Below are positions 1 to 13,355 of a DNA stretch of 64,000 bases, one piece after another. The DNA comes from Camelus ferus. Lineage: Eukaryota. A program made the position numbers and the translations under genes. Numbering within the stretch: position 1 is the stretch's first letter; each line of letters starts with the position of its first letter. The notes under the pieces were generated by a model. It did not search any database. It saw only the letters and a program-made list of their open reading frames with translations, and was not told where the DNA came from. The stretch spans positions 120,344,001 through 120,408,000 of the forward strand of contig NC_045697.1 in the NCBI RefSeq assembly GCF_009834535.1. The letters are read 5' to 3'.

Positions 1-87
1 TGTCTTCTTCTTAGATATCCAGCCCTAATTCTAGCATTCCCTTGGAGCTCGACCGTGGAAAACACCCAGGGATGACAAACTAAATCT

Positions 88-3000
88 TTCTATCAGAACC
101 AGGGCCCTGCTGTAAGTTGGAGGAACCTCCACACCCACTGGATTAACAAACACGTCTTTGCTTGGGGGAATTGTGAAGCCCCACTTCACACACATGGCTG
201 AGGGCAGAAGTTTTTCCCTGTTAGGTAGAAGTCCGCTAATTACCTCTACAGAACATCGTGGGGCACTCGCTGCTATTTGGAATTCCATCGCAAACCTCAG
301 GATTCCCTTGCAGCCCGATCTTTGGAAACACAGAGTGAAAAGTATCTACTGGTGCTATTAGAACACATTCGCTGCTGACAAATATGGAAAACTTCGAACA
401 CTCATGATAACAGAGTATATATTTCTGTGTGTGATGGAGTAGAAAAACACACTCCATGCATTTTTTTGGGGATCCAGTTTTTCCCAGGTTGGGAGATGTC
501 GGCTATTTTCCTTCACTGCCCATGGGGATGCATTGACTTCTTCTTCGTTTTCAAGCCCAACTCCCAACATTCCCTTGCATCCCGGTCTTGGATTATACCC
601 AGTGATGACAGTCTAAATGATTTTATCAGAGTTAGATGCTGCTGTCTTTTTTAGGAACTTCCAGAAACTTAGGATTCTGGATCACGGCTATGCTTGGGGG
701 TAGCTTTGGACACCCACACTACAGAGATGGCTGGGGGCACAGGTTTTTCCCTGTTAGGGAGATGTCCGCTAATTACCTCCACAGTCCATCTCGGGTCACT
801 CGATGATACAAGGCTTTCCAGCGCAACCGCAGCATTCCCTAGCAGGCCGGCATGGGAAAACACTCAGGGATAATATGCTATAGGTTGTATTGGAACCCAG
901 TTGCTACCTACCGTTGTAGGCTCCTTCCCACATCTGGGATAACAGAAGAAATCTTTGTGTGTCTGATGGAGATGGGTAAACAAACTCCACGCATGTTTCA
1001 TGGGGCACAGTTGTTCCAAGGATGTGGGACGTCGGAAAATTACCTCAAATTCTCATGGCGAGTATCTCACTGCTGCTACGAATTACAGCCAAAACCACAG
1101 CTTTACCTGGCAGCTAGGCGTGTGAAAAATCTCACGGAAAATAAAATACAGGTGCTATTAGAACGCAGGAGCTGCTGATATTTGTAGAATCCTCCCCATA
1201 CTCAGGATAGCAGAACACATCTTTGTGTGTGTGATGGACTAGAAAAATACACTCCAGGCATATTTCTGGGGGTACAGCTGTTCCCAAGTTTTGGGATGTC
1301 GCCTAATTACCTCCACTGCCAATGGGGTGGCAATCTATACTTCTTTGCTTTGCAGACAGTCTCCCAAATTTCCCTTACAGCCCGGTCTAAGAAAACACCT
1401 AGGGATGACAATATTAGTGATTCTATCAGAAACCCGGTGCTGCTGGAAGTTGGAGGTACAACACAGACTCAAAATTCCGGAGCAAGATTTGGCTTGGGGG
1501 AGGTGTGGAGCCCCACACCACACAGATGCCTGGGGTCACAGATTTTCCTTTTTTATGAGAAGTCTGCTATTTAACTCTACAGTCAATCTCTGTGCACTCG
1601 TTGCTACTTGGATTTGCAGCCGAACCCCCAGTTTTCCCTCGCAACCCGCCCTGGAAAACACTCAGAGATTATAAGTTAATGGTTCTATTGGAACACAAGC
1701 ACTGCAGACCTTTGTAGGAACCTCCGCACACGCAGGATAACAGAAAATTTTTTTTGTGTCTCATTGAGATGGTAAAAGCTCCACGCATGTTTCAGGGTGT
1801 ACTTGTGTTCCTAGGTTGTGGGAGATCAGATACATCCCACTACAGCCCAAGGGGAAGTACTGGATCCTGCTTGGCTTTCCAGCATATCCCCCAGTTTCCT
1901 ATGCAACCCAGTCTGAGAAAACAATCAGGAAATATAGCTAAAGTTTCTATCAGAACCCCGGTGCTGCAGTCTGTTGTAGGAACTTCCACACACACAGGAT
2001 TCCCAAACACGGATTTGCTTGGAAGTGTTTTGAAGCCCCAATCCACACACATGGCTGGGGGCACAAGTTTTTCCCTGTTAGGTAGAAGTCCGCTAATTAG
2101 CTATACAGTCCATCTTGGGCACCCGCTGCTACTTGGAATTCCAGTCCAACCCCCATGTTTCCATTGCAGCCCGGCCTGGTGTAACACAGAGTGAAAAGAA
2201 GCTAATGGTGCTATTCGAACCCATGCCCTGCTGACAATTGTGGAAACCTTCGAACACTCAGGATAACAGAACTTATCTTTCTGTGTGTGATGGAGTAGGA
2301 AAACTCACTCCAGGCATTTTTCTGGGGATCCAGGTTTTCCCAGTTTGGGAGATGTCGGCTAGATTCCTTCAGGGCCCATGGGGGGGCACTGTCTTCTTCT
2401 TCGTTTTCAAGCCCAACTCCCAGCTTTCCCTTGTAGCCCGGACAAGTGAAACACCCATGGATGACAAATAAGTGATTCTGTCACAACCCCGGCGTTGCTG
2501 TCTGTTGGAGGAACTTCCAAACCTTCAGGATTCTGGAACACGTGTTGGAGTGTGGGGAGTTGTGAACCCCAATCCTCGCAGATGGATGGTGTCCCAGATT
2601 TGTCCCTGTTAGGGGGAAGTCCACTAATTACCTCCACAGTGCATCTTGGGGCACTCGCTGCTTCTTAGATTTTCAGTCTATCCCCCAGTTTTCACTCGCA
2701 GCCCGGCCTTGTAAAACACTCAGTGATAGTAAGCTAGGTTTCTATTTTAAACCAGGTGCTGCGACAATTGTAGGAACCTCCCCACACTCAGAAAAAAAGA
2801 ACACTACTTTGAGTGTCTGATCTAGATGGGTAAACTAAATACACGCAAGTTTCTTGTTTTATAGGCGTTCCAATGTTTTGGGAGGTCTTATATTTACATC
2901 CAATGTCCATAGGTAGTCCCTTGCAGTTGCTTGGATTCCAGCCCAGCCCCCAGCGTTCCCTGGCATCCCGGCCTGTGAAAACACTCAGGGAATAAAAGCT

Positions 3001-6000
3001 ACAGTCTCTATAAGAACTAATGCGATCCTCACATTTATAGAAACCTCCCTAAACTAAGGAAAACCGAACACAGCTTTGTGGGTGTGATGGATTAGGAAAA
3101 CACTGTAAGGCATGTCTCTGGGGTGCAGGTGTTCACAGGAAGTGAAATGTTGGCTAATTACTTCCACAGACCATGGGGAAGCACTCTCTACTTCTTCCAT
3201 ATCCAGCCCTAATCCTAGCTTTCCCTTGCAGCCCGACCGTGGAAAACACCCAGGGATGACAAACAAAATCATTCTATCAGAATCAGGGCGCTTCTGTATG
3301 TTGGAGGAACCTCCAAACACTCAGGATTAAGAAACACGTCTTTGCTTGGGGGAATTGTGAAGCCCCACACCACACACATGGCTGAGGGCACAAGTTTTTC
3401 CCTGTTAGGTAGAAGTCCGATAATTTCCTCTACAGACCATCGTGGGGCACTCGCTGCTACTTGGATTTCCATCCCAACCCACAGGATTCTCTTGCAGCCT
3501 GGCCTGGGGAAACACAAAGGGAAAAGTATATACTGGTGCTATTTGAACTAATGCGCTGCTGACAATTGTGGAAAACTTCGAACACTCATGATAACAGAGC
3601 ACATCTTTCTGTGTGTGATGGAGTACTAAAACACACACCAGGCATTTTTCTGGGGATCCAGTTTTTCCCATGTTGGGAGATGTCGGCTAGATTCCTTCAC
3701 TGCCCATGGGGATGCATTGTCTTCTTCTTCGTTTTCAAGCCCAAGTCCCAAAATTCCCTTGCATCCCAGTCTTGGATTATACCCAGGGATGACAGTCTAA
3801 CTGATTTTATCAGAGCTATGATGCTGCTGTCTTTTTTAGGAACTTCCAGACGCTTAGGATTCAGGATCACGGCTATGCTTGTTGGTACTTTTGGAGACCC
3901 ACACCACAGAGATGGCTGGGGGCACTGGTTTTTCCCTGTTATGGAGATGTCCGCTAATTACCTCCATAGTCCATCTCGGGGCACTCGCTTCTACTTGGAT
4001 TTCCAGCACAAGCGCAGCATTCCCTAGCAGGGCGGCCTGGGAAAACACACAGGGATAATATGTTACTTTTTGTCATGGAACCCAGTCTGTACCTACCGTT
4101 GTAGGAACTTTCCCACATCTAGGATAAAAGAAGAAATATTTGTGTGTCTGATGGAGATGGGTAAACAAACTTCAAGCATGTATCAAGGGGCTTAGGTGTT
4201 CCAAGGCTGTGGGACGTCGGAAAATTACCTCAAATTCTCATGGGGATTAACTCGCTGCTGCTACGAATTACATCCGAGCCCAGAGATTTACCTCGCAGCC
4301 AGGCCTGTGTAAACACTCACGGAAAACAAAATACTGGTGCTTCTAGAACCCAGGCGCTGCTGAAAGTTTTAGAATCCTCCCCAAACTCAGGATAGCAGAA
4401 CAAATTTGTGTGTGTTTGATGGTGTAGGAAAATACACTCCAGGCATATTTCAGTGGGTATAGCTGTTCCCAGGTTTGGAGATGTCGCCTAATTACCTCCA
4501 CTTCCAATGGGGAGGCACTCTATACTTTTTCACTTTCCAGACCAACTCCCAGCTTTCCTTTGAAGCCCGGCCTAAGAAAAATCCTAGGGATGACAATATT
4601 AGTGATTCTATCAGAACCCCGACTCTGCTGCTTGTTGAAGGTACAACACACACTCAAAATTCCGGAACATGTCTTTGCTTGGTGGAGGTGTGGAGACCAA
4701 CACCACAAGATGCCTCGGGGCACAGTTTCTCTCTGTCTGGGAGAAGTCCGCTAATTACATCTACAGTCAAATTCTGGGCAATCCTTGCTAATTGTCTTTC
4801 CAGGAGAACCCCCTGTTTCCCTCGCTTCCTGCCTGGAAAACACTCAGAGATTATAAGCTAGTGGTTCTATTGGAACCCAGGCACTGCAGACCGTTGTAGG
4901 AAGCTCCGCACACGAAGGATAAAAGAACACTTTTTCTGTGTATGTTTGAGATGCTAAAAACACCACGCATGTTTCAGGGGGTACAGGTTTTCCTAGGTTG
5001 GGGGAGGTCAGATTATTCCCATTAATGCCCATGGGGAGGTAATCGCTCCTGCTTGGATTTCCATCCCATCCCCCAGTTTCCCTTGCAACCCAGCCACAGA
5101 AAACAGTCATGAAATTTAGCTAAAATTTCTATTAGAACCCAGGCGTTGCTCACAGTTGTAGAAACCTCCCCATACACAGGGAAACATAACAATTCTTTGT
5201 GTGTGCGATGGAGTAGGAAAACACACTCCATGCATGTATCTGGCGTGCAAGTGTAACCAGGTTGTGAGACGTTGGCTAAGTATCTCCACAGCCCATGGGT
5301 AAGCACTCTGTTTTTCTTCGTTTTCCAGCCCTACTCCAAGATTTCCCCTGCAGCCCGGGTTAGGAAAACACCCAGGAATGACAAACTAAGTGATTCTATC
5401 AGAACCTGGGCGCTGTTTTCTGTTGGAGGAACCTCCACACACACAGGAATAACAAACACTTATTTGCTTGGAGGAATTTTGAAGCCCCACTACACACACA
5501 AGGCTGAGGGAACAAGTTTATCACTGTTAGGGAGAAGTACGTTAATTACCTCTACAGACCATCATGGGGCACACGCTGCTACTTGGATTTCCATCCCAAC
5601 ACCCAGGTTTCCCTTGCAGCCCGGCCTGGGGATACACAAAGGGAAAATAATCTACATGTGCTATTAGAACACATGCGCTGCTGACAATTGTGGAAACCTT
5701 CGAACACTCAGGATAACATAACACATCTTTTTGTGTTTGATGGAGTAGGAAAACACATTCCAGGCATTTTTCTAGGGATCCAGGTTTTCCCAGGTTGGGA
5801 GTTGTCGGCTAGATTTCTTCAGTGCCCATGGGGTGGCACTGTCTTCTACTTCATTTTCAAGCCCTACTCCCAGCTTTCCCTTGCAGCCCGGACAATGAAA
5901 CACCCATGGATGACAAATAAGTGATTCTATCAGAACCCCGGGGTTGCTGTCTGTTGGCGGAACCTCCAAAACTTCACGATTCTAGAACACGTCTTTTAGT

Positions 6001-6722
6001 GTGTTGAGTTGTGTAACCTGAATACACGCAGATGAATGGGGTCACAGATTTGTCCCTGTTATGCAGAAGTCCGCTAATTACCTCCACAGTACATCTTGGG
6101 GCACTCGCTGCTTCTTAGATTTTCAGTCTATCCCCCAGATTTCACTCGCAGCCCGGCCTTGAAAACACTCAGTTATAATAAGCTATGTTTTTATTGGAAC
6201 CCAGGTGCTGCAGAAAATGGTAGGAACCTCCCCACACTCAGAATAACAGAACAATACTTTGAGTGTCTGATTTGATGGGTAAACTAAATCCACGCATGTT
6301 TCATGTTGTATAGTCGTTCCAAGGTTGTGGGAGTTCTTATATTTACATCCACTCTCCATGGGGAGTCCCTTGCAGGTGCTTGGATTCCAGCCGAACCCCC
6401 AGCGTTACCTCGCATCCCGGCATGTGAAAACACTCAGGGAAAAAAAAGCTACAGTTTCTATAAGAACTAAGGCTCTCTTGACATTTGTAGAAACCTCCCT
6501 AAACTAAGGAAAACAGAACACAGCTTTGTGTGTGTGATGCAGTAGGAAAACACTTTAAGGCATGTCTCTGGGGCGCAGGTGTTCGCAGGATGTGAAATTT
6601 TGGCTAATTACCTCCACAGTCCCTGGGGAAGCACTCTCAACTTCTTCCATATCCAGCCCTATTCCTAGCATTCCCTTGCAGCCCGACCGTGGAAAACACA
6701 CAGGGATAAAAATACTAAATCA
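88..6722 (+). repeat. 25-mer HOR copy 1 (12-mer 88-3271 plus 13-mer 3272-6722)
   Basis: Monomer order A B C D E F G H I J K L / A B C D' E' F' G' M A' I' J' K' L'. The ORF track recurs at +6634/6635 (852 vs 7487; 3566 vs 10200; 5272 vs 11906), and 6635/25 = 265.4. Confidence 0.93.
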
Positions 6723-9700
6723 TTCTATCAGAACCAGGGCATTGCTGCATGTGGGAGGATCCTCCAAACCCTCAGCATTAACAAACACGTCTTTGCTTGG
6801 GGGAATTGTGAAGCCCCACTCCACACATATGGCTGAGGGCACAAGTATTCCCTGTTATGTAGAAGTCCGATAATTTCCTCTACAGACCATCATGGGGCAC
6901 TCGCTGCTACTTGGATTTCCATCCCAACCCCCAGGATTTTCTTGCAGCCCGGCCTGGGGAAACACACAAGGAAATGTATCTACTGGTGCTATTAGAACAA
7001 AAGCGCTGCTGACAATTGTGGAAAACTTCGAACACTCATGATAACAGAGCACATCTTTCTGTGTGTGATGGAGTAGTAAAACACACCACAGGCATTGTTC
7101 TGGAGATCCAGTTTTTCCCAGGTTGGGAGATGTCGGCTAGCTTCCTTCACTGCCCATGGGGATGCAATGACTTCTTCTTGGTTTTCAAGCCCAACTCCCA
7201 ACATTCCCTTGCATCCCGGTCTTGGATTATACCCAGGGATGACAGTTTAAGTGATTTTATCAGAGCTACGATGCTGCTGTCTTTTTTAGGAACTTCCAGA
7301 CGCTTAATATTCAGGATCACTGCTATGCATGGGGGTAGCTTTGGAGACCCACACCACAGAGATGGCTGGGGGCACATGTATTTCCCTGTTAGGGAGATGT
7401 CCGCTAATTACCTCCACAGTCCATCTCGGGTCACTCGCTGCTACATGGCTTTCCAGCGCAAGCGCAGCATTCCCTAGCAGGCCGGCATGGGAAAACACTC
7501 AGGGATAATATGCTATAGGTTGTATTGGAACCCAGTTGCTACCTACCGTTGTAGGCTCCTTCCCACATCTGGGATAACAGAAGAAATCTTTGTGTGTCTG
7601 ATGGAGATGGGTAAACAAACTCCACGCATGTTTCAGGGGGCACAGTTGTTCCAAGGATGTGGGACGTCGGAAAATTACCTCAAATTCTCATGGCGAGTAT
7701 CTCACTGCTGCTACGAATTACAGCCAAACCCACAGCTTTACCTGGCAGCTAGGCGTGTGAAAAATCTCACGGAAAATAAAATACAGGTGCCATTAGAACC
7801 CAGGAGCTGCTGATATTTGTAGAATCCTCCCCATACTCAGGATAGCCGAACACATCTTTGTGTGTGTGATGGACTAGAAAAATGCACTCCACGCATATTT
7901 CTGGGGGTACAGCTGTTCCCAGGTTTGGGATGTCGCCTAATTATCTCCACTGCCAATGGGGAGGCAATCTATACTTCTTCGCTTTGCAGACAATCTCCCA
8001 AATTTCTCTTACAGCCCGGTCTAAGAAAACACCTAGGGATGACAATATTAGTGATTCTATCAGAAACCCGGTGCTGCTGGCTGTTGGAGGCACAATAAAG
8101 ACTCAAAATTCCGGAGCAAGCTTTGGCTTGGGCGAGGTGTGGAGCCCCACACCACACAGATGTCTGGGGTCACAGATTTTCCTTTTTTATGAGAAGTCTG
8201 CTATTTAACTCTACAGTCAATCTCTGTGCACTCGTTGCTACTTGGCTTTCCAGCAGAACCTCCAGTTTTCCCTCGCAACCCGCCCTGGAAAACACTCAGA
8301 GATTATAAGTTAATGGTTCTATTGGAACACAAGCAATGCAGACCGTTGTAGGAACCTCCGCACATGCAGGATAACAGAAAATTTTTTGTGTGTCTCATTG
8401 AGATTGTAAAAGCTCCACGCATGTTTCCGGGTGTACTTGTGTTCCTAGGTTGTGGGAGGTCAGTTACATCCCACTACAGCCCAAGGGGAAGTACTGGATC
8501 CTGCTTGGCTTTCCAGCATATCCCCCAGTTTCCTATGCAACCCAGTCTGAGTAAACAATCAGGAAATATAGCTAAAGTTTCTATCAGAACCCCGGTGCTG
8601 CAGTCTGTTGTAGGAACTTCCACACACACAGGATTCCCAAACACGGATTTGCTTGGAAGTGTTTTGAAGCCCCAATCCACACACATGGCTGGGGGCACAA
8701 GTTTTTCCCTGTTAGGTAGAAGTCCGCTAATTAGCTCTACAGTCCATCTCGGGCACCCACTGCTACTTGGAATTCCAGTCCAACCCCCATGTTTCCCTTG
8801 CAGCCCGGCCTGGTGTAACACATAGTGAAAAGAAGCTAATGGTGCTATTCGAACCCATGCCCTGCTGACAATTGTGGAAAGCTTCGAACACTCAGGATAA
8901 CAGAACTTATCTTTCTGTGTGTGATGGAGTAGGAAAACACACTCCAGGCATTTTTCTGTGGATCCAGGTTTTCCCAGTTTGGGAGATATCGGCTAGATTC
9001 CTTCAGGGCCCATGAAGGGGCACTGTTTTCTTCTTCGTTTTCAAGCCCAACTCCCAGCTTTCCCTTGTAGCCCGGACAAGTGTAACACCCATGGATGACA
9101 AATAAGGGATTCTGTCACAACCCCGGCGTTGCTGTCTGTTGGAGGAACCTCCAAACCTTCAGGATTCTGGAACACGACTTTGAGTGTGGGGAGTTGTGAA
9201 CCCCAATCCTCGCAGATGGATGGGGTCAAAGATTTGTCCCTGTTAGGGGGAAGTCCACTAATTACCTCCACAGTGCATCTTGGGTCACTCGCTGCTTCTT
9301 AGATTTTCAGTCTATCCCCCAGTTTTCACTCGCAGCCCGGCCTTGTAAAACACTCAGTGATAGTAAGCTAGTTTTCTATTTTAAACCAGGTGCTGCAGAC
9401 AATTGTAGGAACCTCCCCACACTCAGAAAAAAAGAACACTATTTTGAGTGTCTGATTTAGATGGGTAAACTAAATCCACGCAAGTTTCATGTTGTATAGT
9501 CGTTCCAAGGTTGTGGGAGGTCTTATATTTACATCCACTGTCCATGAGGAGTCCCTTGCAGTTGCTTGGATTCCAGCCCAACCCCCAGCGTTCCCTGGCA
9601 TCCCGGACTGTGAAAACACTCAGGGGAAAAAAGCTACAGTCTCTATAAGAACTAATGCGATCCTGACATTTATAGAAACCTCCCTAAACTAAGGAAAACC

Positions 9701-12700
9701 GAACACAGCTTTGTGTGTGTGATGGAGTAGGAAAACACTGTAAGGCATGTCTCTGGGGTGCAGGTGTTCACAGGAAGTGAAATGTTCGCTAATTACTTCC
9801 ACAGCCCATGGGGAAGCACTCTATTCTTCTTCGATATCCAGCCCTAATCCTAGCATTCCCTTGCAGCCCGACCGTGGAAAACACCCAGGGATGAAAAAAC
9901 TTAATCATTCTATCAGAACCAGGGCACTGCTGCATGTGGGAGGATCCTCAAAACTCTCAGCATTAACAAACACGTCTTTGCTTGGGGGAATTGTGAAGCC
10001 CCACTCCACACATATGGCTGAGGGCACAAGTATTCCCTGTTAGGTAGAAGTCCGATAATTTCCTCTACATACCATCGTGGGGCAATCGCTGCTACTTGGA
10101 TTTCCATCCCAACCCCCAGGATTCTCTTGCAGCCCGGCCTGGGAAACACACAGGGAAAAGTATATACTGGTGCTATTTGAACTAATGCGCTGCTGACAAT
10201 TGTGGAAAACTTCGAACACTCATGATAACAGAGCACATTTTTCTGTGTGTGATGGAGTACTAAAACACACTCCAGGCATTTTTCTGGGGATCCAGTTTTT
10301 CCCATGTTGGGAGATGTCGGCTAGATTCCTTCACTGCCCATGGGGATGCATTGTCTTCTTCTTCGTTTTCAAGCCCAAGTCCCAACATTCCCTTGCATCC
10401 CAGTCTTGGATTATACCCAGGGATGACAGTCTAACTGATTTTATCAGAGCTATGATGCTGCTGTCTTTTTTAGGAACTTCCAGACGCTTAGGATTCAGGA
10501 TCACGTCTATGCTTGTTGGTACTTTTGGAGACCCACACCACAGAGATGGCTGGGGGCACTGGTTTTTCCCTGTTATGGAGATGTCCGCTAATTACCTCCA
10601 TAGTCCATCTCGGGGCACTCGCTTCTACTTGGATTTCCAGCACAAGCGCAGCATTCCCTAGCAGGGCGGCCTGGGAAAACACACAAGGATAATATGTTAT
10701 TTTTTGTCATGGAACCCAGTCTGTACCTACCGTTGTAGGAACTTTCCCACATCTAGGATAAAAGAAGAAATATTTGTGTGTCTGATGGAGATGGGTAAAC
10801 AAACTTCAAGCATGTATCAAGGGGCTTAGGTGTTCCAAGGCTGTGGGACGTCGGAAAATTACCTCAAATTCTCATGGGGATTAACTCGCTGCTGCTACGA
10901 ATTACATCCGAGCCCAGAGATTTACCTCGCAGCCAGGCCTGTGTAAACACTCACGGAAAACAAAATACTGGTGCTTCTAGAACCCAGGCGCTGCTGAAAG
11001 TTTTAGAATCCTCCCCAAACTCAGGATAGCAGAACAAATTTGTGTGTGTTTGATGGTGTAGGAAAATACACTCCAGGCATATTTCAGTGGGTATAGCTGT
11101 TCCCAGGTTTGGAGATGTCGCCTAATTACCTCCACTTCCAATGGGGAGGCACTCTATACTTTTTCACTTTCCAGACCAACTCCCAGCTTTCCTTTGAAGC
11201 CCGGCCTAAGAAAAATCCTAGGGATGACAATATTAGTGATTCTATCAGAACCCCCACTCTGCTGCTTGTTGAAGGTACAACACACACTCAAAATTCCGGA
11301 ACATGTCTTTGCTTGGTGGAGGTGTGGAGATCAACACCACAAGATGCCTCGGGGCACAGTTTCTCTCTGTCTGGGAGAAGTCCGCTAATTACATCTACAG
11401 TCAAATTCTGGGCAATCCTTGCTAATTGTGTTTCCAGGCGAAACCCTGTTTCCCTCGCTTCCCGCCTGGAAAACACTCAGAGATTATAAGCTAGTGGTTC
11501 TATTGGAACCCAGGCACTGCAGACCGTTGTAGGAAGCTCCGCACATGAAGGGTAAAAGAACACTTTTTTTGTGTATGTTTGAGATGCTAAAAAACACCAC
11601 GCATTTTTCAGGGGGTACAGGTTTTCCTAGGTTGGGGGAGGTCAGATTATTCCCATTAATGCCCATGGGGAGGTAATCGCTCCTGCTTGGATTTCCATCC
11701 CATCCCCCAGTTTCCCTTGCAACCCAGCCACAGAAAACAGTCATGAAATTTAGCTAAAATTTCTATTAGAACCCAGGCGTTGCTCACAGTTGTAGAAACC
11801 TCCCCATACACAGGGAAACATAACAATTCTTTGTGTGTGCGATGGAGTAGGAAAACACACTCCATGCATGTATCTGGGGTGCAAGTGTAACCAGGTTGTG
11901 AGACGTTGGCTAAGTATCTCCACAGCCCATGGGTAGGCACTCTGTTTTTCTTCGTTTTCCAGCCCTACTCCAAGATTTCCCCTGCAGCCCGGGTTAGGAA
12001 AACACCCAGGAATGACAAACTAAGTGATTCTATCAGAACCTGGGCGCTGTTTTCTGTTGGAGGAACCTCCACACACACAGGAATAACAAACACTTATTTG
12101 CTTGGAGGAATTTTGAAGCCCCACTACACACACAAGGCTGAGGGAACAAGTTTTTCACTGTTAGGGAGAAGTACGTTAATTACCTCTACAGACCATCATG
12201 GGGCACACGCTGCTATTTGGATTTCCATCCCAACACCCAGGTTTCCCTTGCAGCCCGGCCTGGGGAAACACACAGGGAAAATAATCTACATGTGCTATTA
12301 GAACACATGCGCTGCTGACAATTGTGGAAACCTTCGAACACTCAGGATAACATAACACATCTTTTTGTGTTTGATGGAGTAGGAAAACACATTCCAGGCA
12401 TTTTTCTAGGGATCCAGGTTTTCCCAGGTTGGGAGTTGTCGGCTAGATTCCTTCAGTGCCCATGGGGTGGCACTGTCTTCTACTTCATTTTCAAGCCCTA
12501 CTCCCAGCTTTCCCTTGCAGCCCGGACAATGAAACACCCATGGATGACAAATAAGTGATTCTATCAGAACCCCAGGGTTGCTGTCTGTTGGGTGAACCTC
12601 CAAAACTTCACGATTCTAGAACACGTCTTTGAGTGTGTTGAGTTGTGTAACCCGAATACACGCAGATGAATGGGGTCACAGATTTGTCCCTGTTATGGAG

Positions 12701-13355
12701 AAGTCCGCTAATTACCTCCACAGTACACCTTGGGGCACTCGCTGCTTCTTAGATTTTCAGTCTATCCCCCAGATTTCACTCGCAGCCCGGCCTTGAAAAC
12801 ACTCAGTTATAATAAGCTATGTTTTTATTGGAACCCAGGTGCTGCAGAAAATTGTAGGAACCTCCCCACACTCAGAATAACAGAACAATGCTTTGAGTGT
12901 CTTATTTAGATGGGTAAACTAAATCCACGCATGTTTCAGGTTGTATAGGCGTTCCAAGTTTTGGGAGGTCTTATATTTACATCCACTGTCCATGGGGAGT
13001 CCCTTGCATTTGCTTGGATTCCAGCCCAACCCCCAGCGTTCCCTCGCATCCCGGCCTGTGAAAACACACAGGGAATATAAGCTACAGTGTCTATAAGTAC
13101 TAAGGCTCTCTTGACATTTGTAGAATCCTCCCTAAACTAAGGAAAACAGAACACAATTTTGTGTGTGTGATGGGGTAGGAAAACACAGTAAGGCATGTCA
13201 CTGGGGTGCAGATGTTCACAGGATGTGAAATGTTGGCTAATTACCTCCACAGCCCATGGGGAAGCACTCTATTCTTCTTCGATATCCAGCCCTAATCCTA
13301 GCTTTCCCTTACAGCCCGACCGTGGAAAACAACCTGGGATGAAAAAACTAAATCA
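6723..13355 (+). repeat. 25-mer HOR copy 2 (12-mer 6723-9907 plus 13-mer 9908-13355)
   Basis: Same subtype order as copy 1; length 6633; long stretches are nearly identical to copy 1 (for example 10200-12600 vs 3566-5966). Confidence 0.93.

Noticed and set aside
540..560. CENP-B box-like string cttcgttttcaagccca, and cccggc(c/t)tgggaaaa read on the minus strand
   Set aside because: Neither satisfies TTCGNNNNANNCGGG: the first lacks the A and the CGGG, the second lacks CGAA. The scan was by eye.
1220..1236. (TG)n runs as microsatellites or Z-DNA elements
   Set aside because: Only 4-5 units long and an integral part of each Y-class monomer.
3272..6722. Fibonacci-like module sizes (2, 3, 5, 8, 13) as a meaningful code
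   Set aside because: Such sizes follow naturally from concatenating dimers and trimers, and the 12-, 25- and 32-mers do not fit the series.
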